The notes under the pieces are model-generated. The model had not been told where the DNA came from, searched no databases, and worked only from the letters and a program-made list of their open reading frames with translations. Of a stretch of DNA of 64,000 bases, positions 61,370-64,000 are shown piece after piece. Each line of letters starts with the position of its first letter. The stretch's first letter is position 1. Source of the stretch: Chloroflexota bacterium (GTDB lineage Bacteria > Chloroflexota > Chloroflexia > QHBQ01); the NCBI GenBank assembly GCA_025355955.1, contig JANXYP010000016.1:73-64072 (forward strand), in the 5' to 3' direction. Made by a program: the position numbers and the translations under genes.

Positions 61370-64000
61370 ATGCGTACTCGTAAACTGGCAAGCGGGCTGG
61401 GCCTGTTGGTGGCTGCTGCGCTGGCCCTGGCACCGCTGGTGGCGCTTGCCTACGACTGGCCGCAGTTCGATGGCAACGAGCAGCACTCTGGCAATAACAC
61501 CCAGGAATCATTGATCAACATCGGCAACGTTGGCGCGTTGCAACAGTTGTTTCGCGTTTCCTTGCCCGATACCGCCGATAGTTCGCCCGTCTACTTCAGC
61601 AGCGTGATCACCGGCACCGGCAGTGTGGATACCGTGTTCGTCACCACCAAAGCTGGCAGGCTGGTGGCGTTGAACGCCCATACCGGCGCGACCATCTGGA
61701 TGCGGCAGGCGGCAACTGGGCCACAGTATACCACATCCTCACCGACGCTCGATCCTAACCACACTGATCCCGCCCACCAGTTCGTCTATAGCTACGGACT
61801 GGACGGCTACGTTCACAAGTACAACGCAGGCGATGGCAGCGAGACGATCGGCGCGGGCTGGCCGGAGACTGCCACGCTCAAGCCCAGCGTGGAGAAGGGT
61901 TCAGCGGCGCTGGCAACCGCCATCTACACCGATGGCACGCCCTACCTGTACGTCGCCAACGGCGGCTACCCCGGCGATGCGGGCGACTACCAGGGCCACG
62001 TCACCACTATCAACCTGAACACTGGCGCACAGAATGTCTTCAACGCGGCGTGCAGCAACCTGACTGTGCACTTCGTGTTGAATGGCACGCCAGGCGTGAA
62101 CGACTGCCGCCAACACCAAAACGCGGTGTGGGCGCGTCCTGGAGTGGTTTACGACCCCGATACCAACAAGATCTACGCTGCCACTGGCAACGGTAACTTC
62201 AATGGCAACACCGGCGGTTACAACTGGGGCGATAGCGTAATGGAACTCAACCCCAACGGCACCGGCGCGAATGGCAAGCCGCTCGACTCCTACACCCCCG
62301 CCGATTTTCAGCACCTACAAAATGTTGATGCTGATCTGGGCAGCACCAACCCGGTGATTCTTTCCATGCCCATCACCAGCACTTACCAGCACGTCGCCGC
62401 TCAGGGTGGTAAGGATGGCATCATCCGTCTGATCAACCTCGACGCGATGAGCGGCGCGGGCGGACCGGGGCAGTTGGGCAACGAGATCCAGAACCTCGAC
62501 ATCCTCAACGGCAATGAGATGCTGCCCTCGCCTGCCACCTGGATCAGCCCTAGCGACCAGAGCCGCTGGCTATTCGTCAGCACCATAAGCTATGGCCTGG
62601 ACGGGATGCAGATCGTCTACACTGGCACGGTGCCTGGGTTGCGCGGGCGTTGGCATATCAGCTCCAACAACCCCTCATCGCCAATCGTTGCCAACGGGGT
62701 GCTGTTCACCGCTCACATTGGGGCGATTAGCGCCTACAATCCCCTCACCGGCGTATCGCTGTGGAGTGGGTCTATCGGCAACATCCATTGGGAAAGCCCG
62801 GCGGTGGTAAACGGCATCGTCTATATTACCGATGAGAGTAGCAGGATTACCGCCTACGCTCTGCCCAGCAGCGGGACACCAACGCCGACCAATACAGCGA
62901 CTAACACGCCGACGCGCACCAACACGCCGTCATTCACGCCGACCAGCAGCAACACGCCGCTGCCGCCAACCAGTACAGCGACGCGCACGCCCCTGCCGCC
63001 TACCAGTACCTCGACGAGTACGCCGTTGCCACCCACGAATACGGAGACGAGTACGCCGCTGCCACCCACGAATACGCCCACAGATACACCAACGAACACG
63101 CCACTGCCGCCCACCGACACGCCAACCCTGACTGACACGCCAGTGCCAACCGCTACACCGACGAACACGCCTGTGCCGCCAACCGACACACCAATCCAGA
63201 CCGACACACCCACTGCGACCAGCACGCCCGTGCCACCGACTGCCACACCAGCGCCACCGACTAGCACCCCACCGCCGAGCAACACCCCCGGCGGACCAAC
63301 CGACACCCCTGGCGGTCCAACCAACACTCCACCCCCGACCAACACCCCACTGCCGACCAATACGCCCGGCGGGCCAACCAACTCACCTGTGCCACCGACA
63401 AATACGCCACTGCCAGCGACCAACACGCCCGGTGGGCCGACCAATACACCTGCGCCGCCCACGGTGACACCAACCGATTGCGCCAACCCCTTCGTGGACA
63501 TCACGGGCAATATCTTCTACATCGCAATCCACTACCTGAATTGTCGTGGGGTGGTTAACGGCACCAACGCAACCCACTACTCGCCTGCTGGCACCTCCAC
63601 AAGAGGGCAGTTCGCCAAAGTTGTCGTCCTCGGCTTTGGCTTGCCGTTCTACACCCCCAGCGGCGCACAGGACTTCACCGATGTGCCACCTGGCTACTTC
63701 GCCTACTTGTTCATCGAGAGCGGCTTCCACGCCGGTATCCTTAGCGGCTTCGACTCGGCTAGCTGCATCGCGGCGGGCGCGACCCCGCCTTGCTACCTGC
63801 CCAACCGCCCGATCACCAGGGGGCAACTGACCAAACTGGTGGTGCTGGCCGCTCACTATCTGCTGATCACACCGACCACTCCCAGCTTCATTGATGTGCC
63901 GTCGAGCAACGTTTTCTACGCATTCATCGAAACCGCCCACGCACACAATGTGGTCAATGGCTACCCCGACCGCACCTTCCGCCCAAATAATAGCATCCGC
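61370..64000 (+). CDS. Secreted PQQ-like beta-propeller protein with a Pro/Thr linker and C-terminal SLH domains (3' end beyond the window)
   Basis: Absent from the ORF track because it runs off the right edge. The ATG at 61370 follows AAGAAAGGGG. The signal peptide is MRTRKLASGLGLLVAAALALAPLVALA, followed by YDWPQFDGNEQHSGNN and propeller blades. A TP-rich linker spans about 62870-63470. SLH-like repeats follow (FVDITGNIFYIAIHYL, FTDVPPGYFAYLFIES, FIDVPSSNVFYAFIET). Confidence 0.8.
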   Translation, partial: MRTRKLASGLGLLVAAALALAPLVALAYDWPQFDGNEQHSGNNTQESLINIGNVGALQQLFRVSLPDTADSSPVYFSSVITGTGSVDTVFVTTKAGRLVALNAHTGATIWMRQAATGPQYTTSSPTLDPNHTDPAHQFVYSYGLDGYVHKYNAGDGSETIGAGWPETATLKPSVEKGSAALATAIYTDGTPYLYVANGGYPGDAGDYQGHVTTINLNTGAQNVFNAACSNLTVHFVLNGTPGVNDCRQHQNAVWARPGVVYDPDTNKIYAATGNGNFNGNTGGYNWGDSVMELNPNGTGANGKPLDSYTPADFQHLQNVDADLGSTNPVILSMPITSTYQHVAAQGGKDGIIRLINLDAMSGAGGPGQLGNEIQNLDILNGNEMLPSPATWISPSDQSRWLFVSTISYGLDGMQIVYTGTVPGLRGRWHISSNNPSSPIVANGVLFTAHIGAISAYNPLTGVSLWSGSIGNIHWESPAVVNGIVYITDESSRITAYALPSSGTPTPTNTATNTPTRTNTPSFTPTSSNTPLPPTSTATRTPLPPTSTSTSTPLPPTNTETSTPLPPTNTPTDTPTNTPLPPTDTPTLTDTPVPTATPTNTPVPPTDTPIQTDTPTATSTPVPPTATPAPPTSTPPPSNTPGGPTDTPGGPTNTPPPTNTPLPTNTPGGPTNSPVPPTNTPLPATNTPGGPTNTPAPPTVTPTDCANPFVDITGNIFYIAIHYLNCRGVVNGTNATHYSPAGTSTRGQFAKVVVLGFGLPFYTPSGAQDFTDVPPGYFAYLFIESGFHAGILSGFDSASCIAAGATPPCYLPNRPITRGQLTKLVVLAAHYLLITPTTPSFIDVPSSNVFYAFIETAHAHNVVNGYPDRTFRPNNSIR

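Noticed and set aside
62854-63510. 218-aa minus-strand ORF made of GVLVG repeats
   Set aside because: It is the antisense reading of the Pro/Thr linker (PTNTP repeats) of the PQQ-propeller/SLH protein, not an independent gene.

Overview
GC-rich bacterial chromosome segment. Spot counts of 60-nt lines give about 58-65% GC in core genes. SLH-anchored exoproteins, abundant MNT-HEPN pairs and heptamer repeats suggest a filamentous Chloroflexota-like organism, but this is inference only and no search was possible. I call about 60 protein genes and 2 tRNAs. Most are housekeeping: hutU (partial); nadK-tlyA-ruvC-yebC; a livKHMGF-type ABC transporter; ldh; gpmI; pilD; aroE; mltG; tRNA-Gln; tRNA-Trp-secE-nusG-rplK-rplA-rplJ-rplL; a two-gene (split) metE; recJ; t6A genes in two places (rimI..tsaD and tsaE-tsaB); darA; pdxS-pdxT; radC; a GT4 glycosyltransferase; and two divergent SLH-domain surface proteins. 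Several unusual things sit on top of this backbone. (1) The main candidate for a novel system is a visibly lower-GC (about 48%) two-gene cassette at 41070-43119. It pairs an SMC/OLD-type ABC ATPase with a small TOPRIM-like (DUF4276-like) protein, translationally coupled, and sits precisely between rimI and tsaD. (2) There are three paralogous MNT-HEPN modules: split, fused, and one whose HEPN gene carries an in-frame TAG. (3) TsaD is expanded to 945 aa by two low-complexity insertions, and several other housekeeping proteins carry similar insertions or extensions. (4) At least four small-repeat families are present: a ~93-bp palindromic MITE/REP-like element (8 full copies), CCAGGGCG..CGCCCCTAC hairpins, CCTCCCC..GGGGAGG hairpins, and heptanucleotide tandem arrays. 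The heptamer arrays are often arranged as inverted pairs at gene junctions. Some hairpin repeats sit in-frame inside genes, and some heptamer arrays overlap gene ends. I saw no rRNA, CRISPR array or intact transposase. All family assignments rest on motif recognition by eye, and coordinates of starts and repeats may be off by a few nt.
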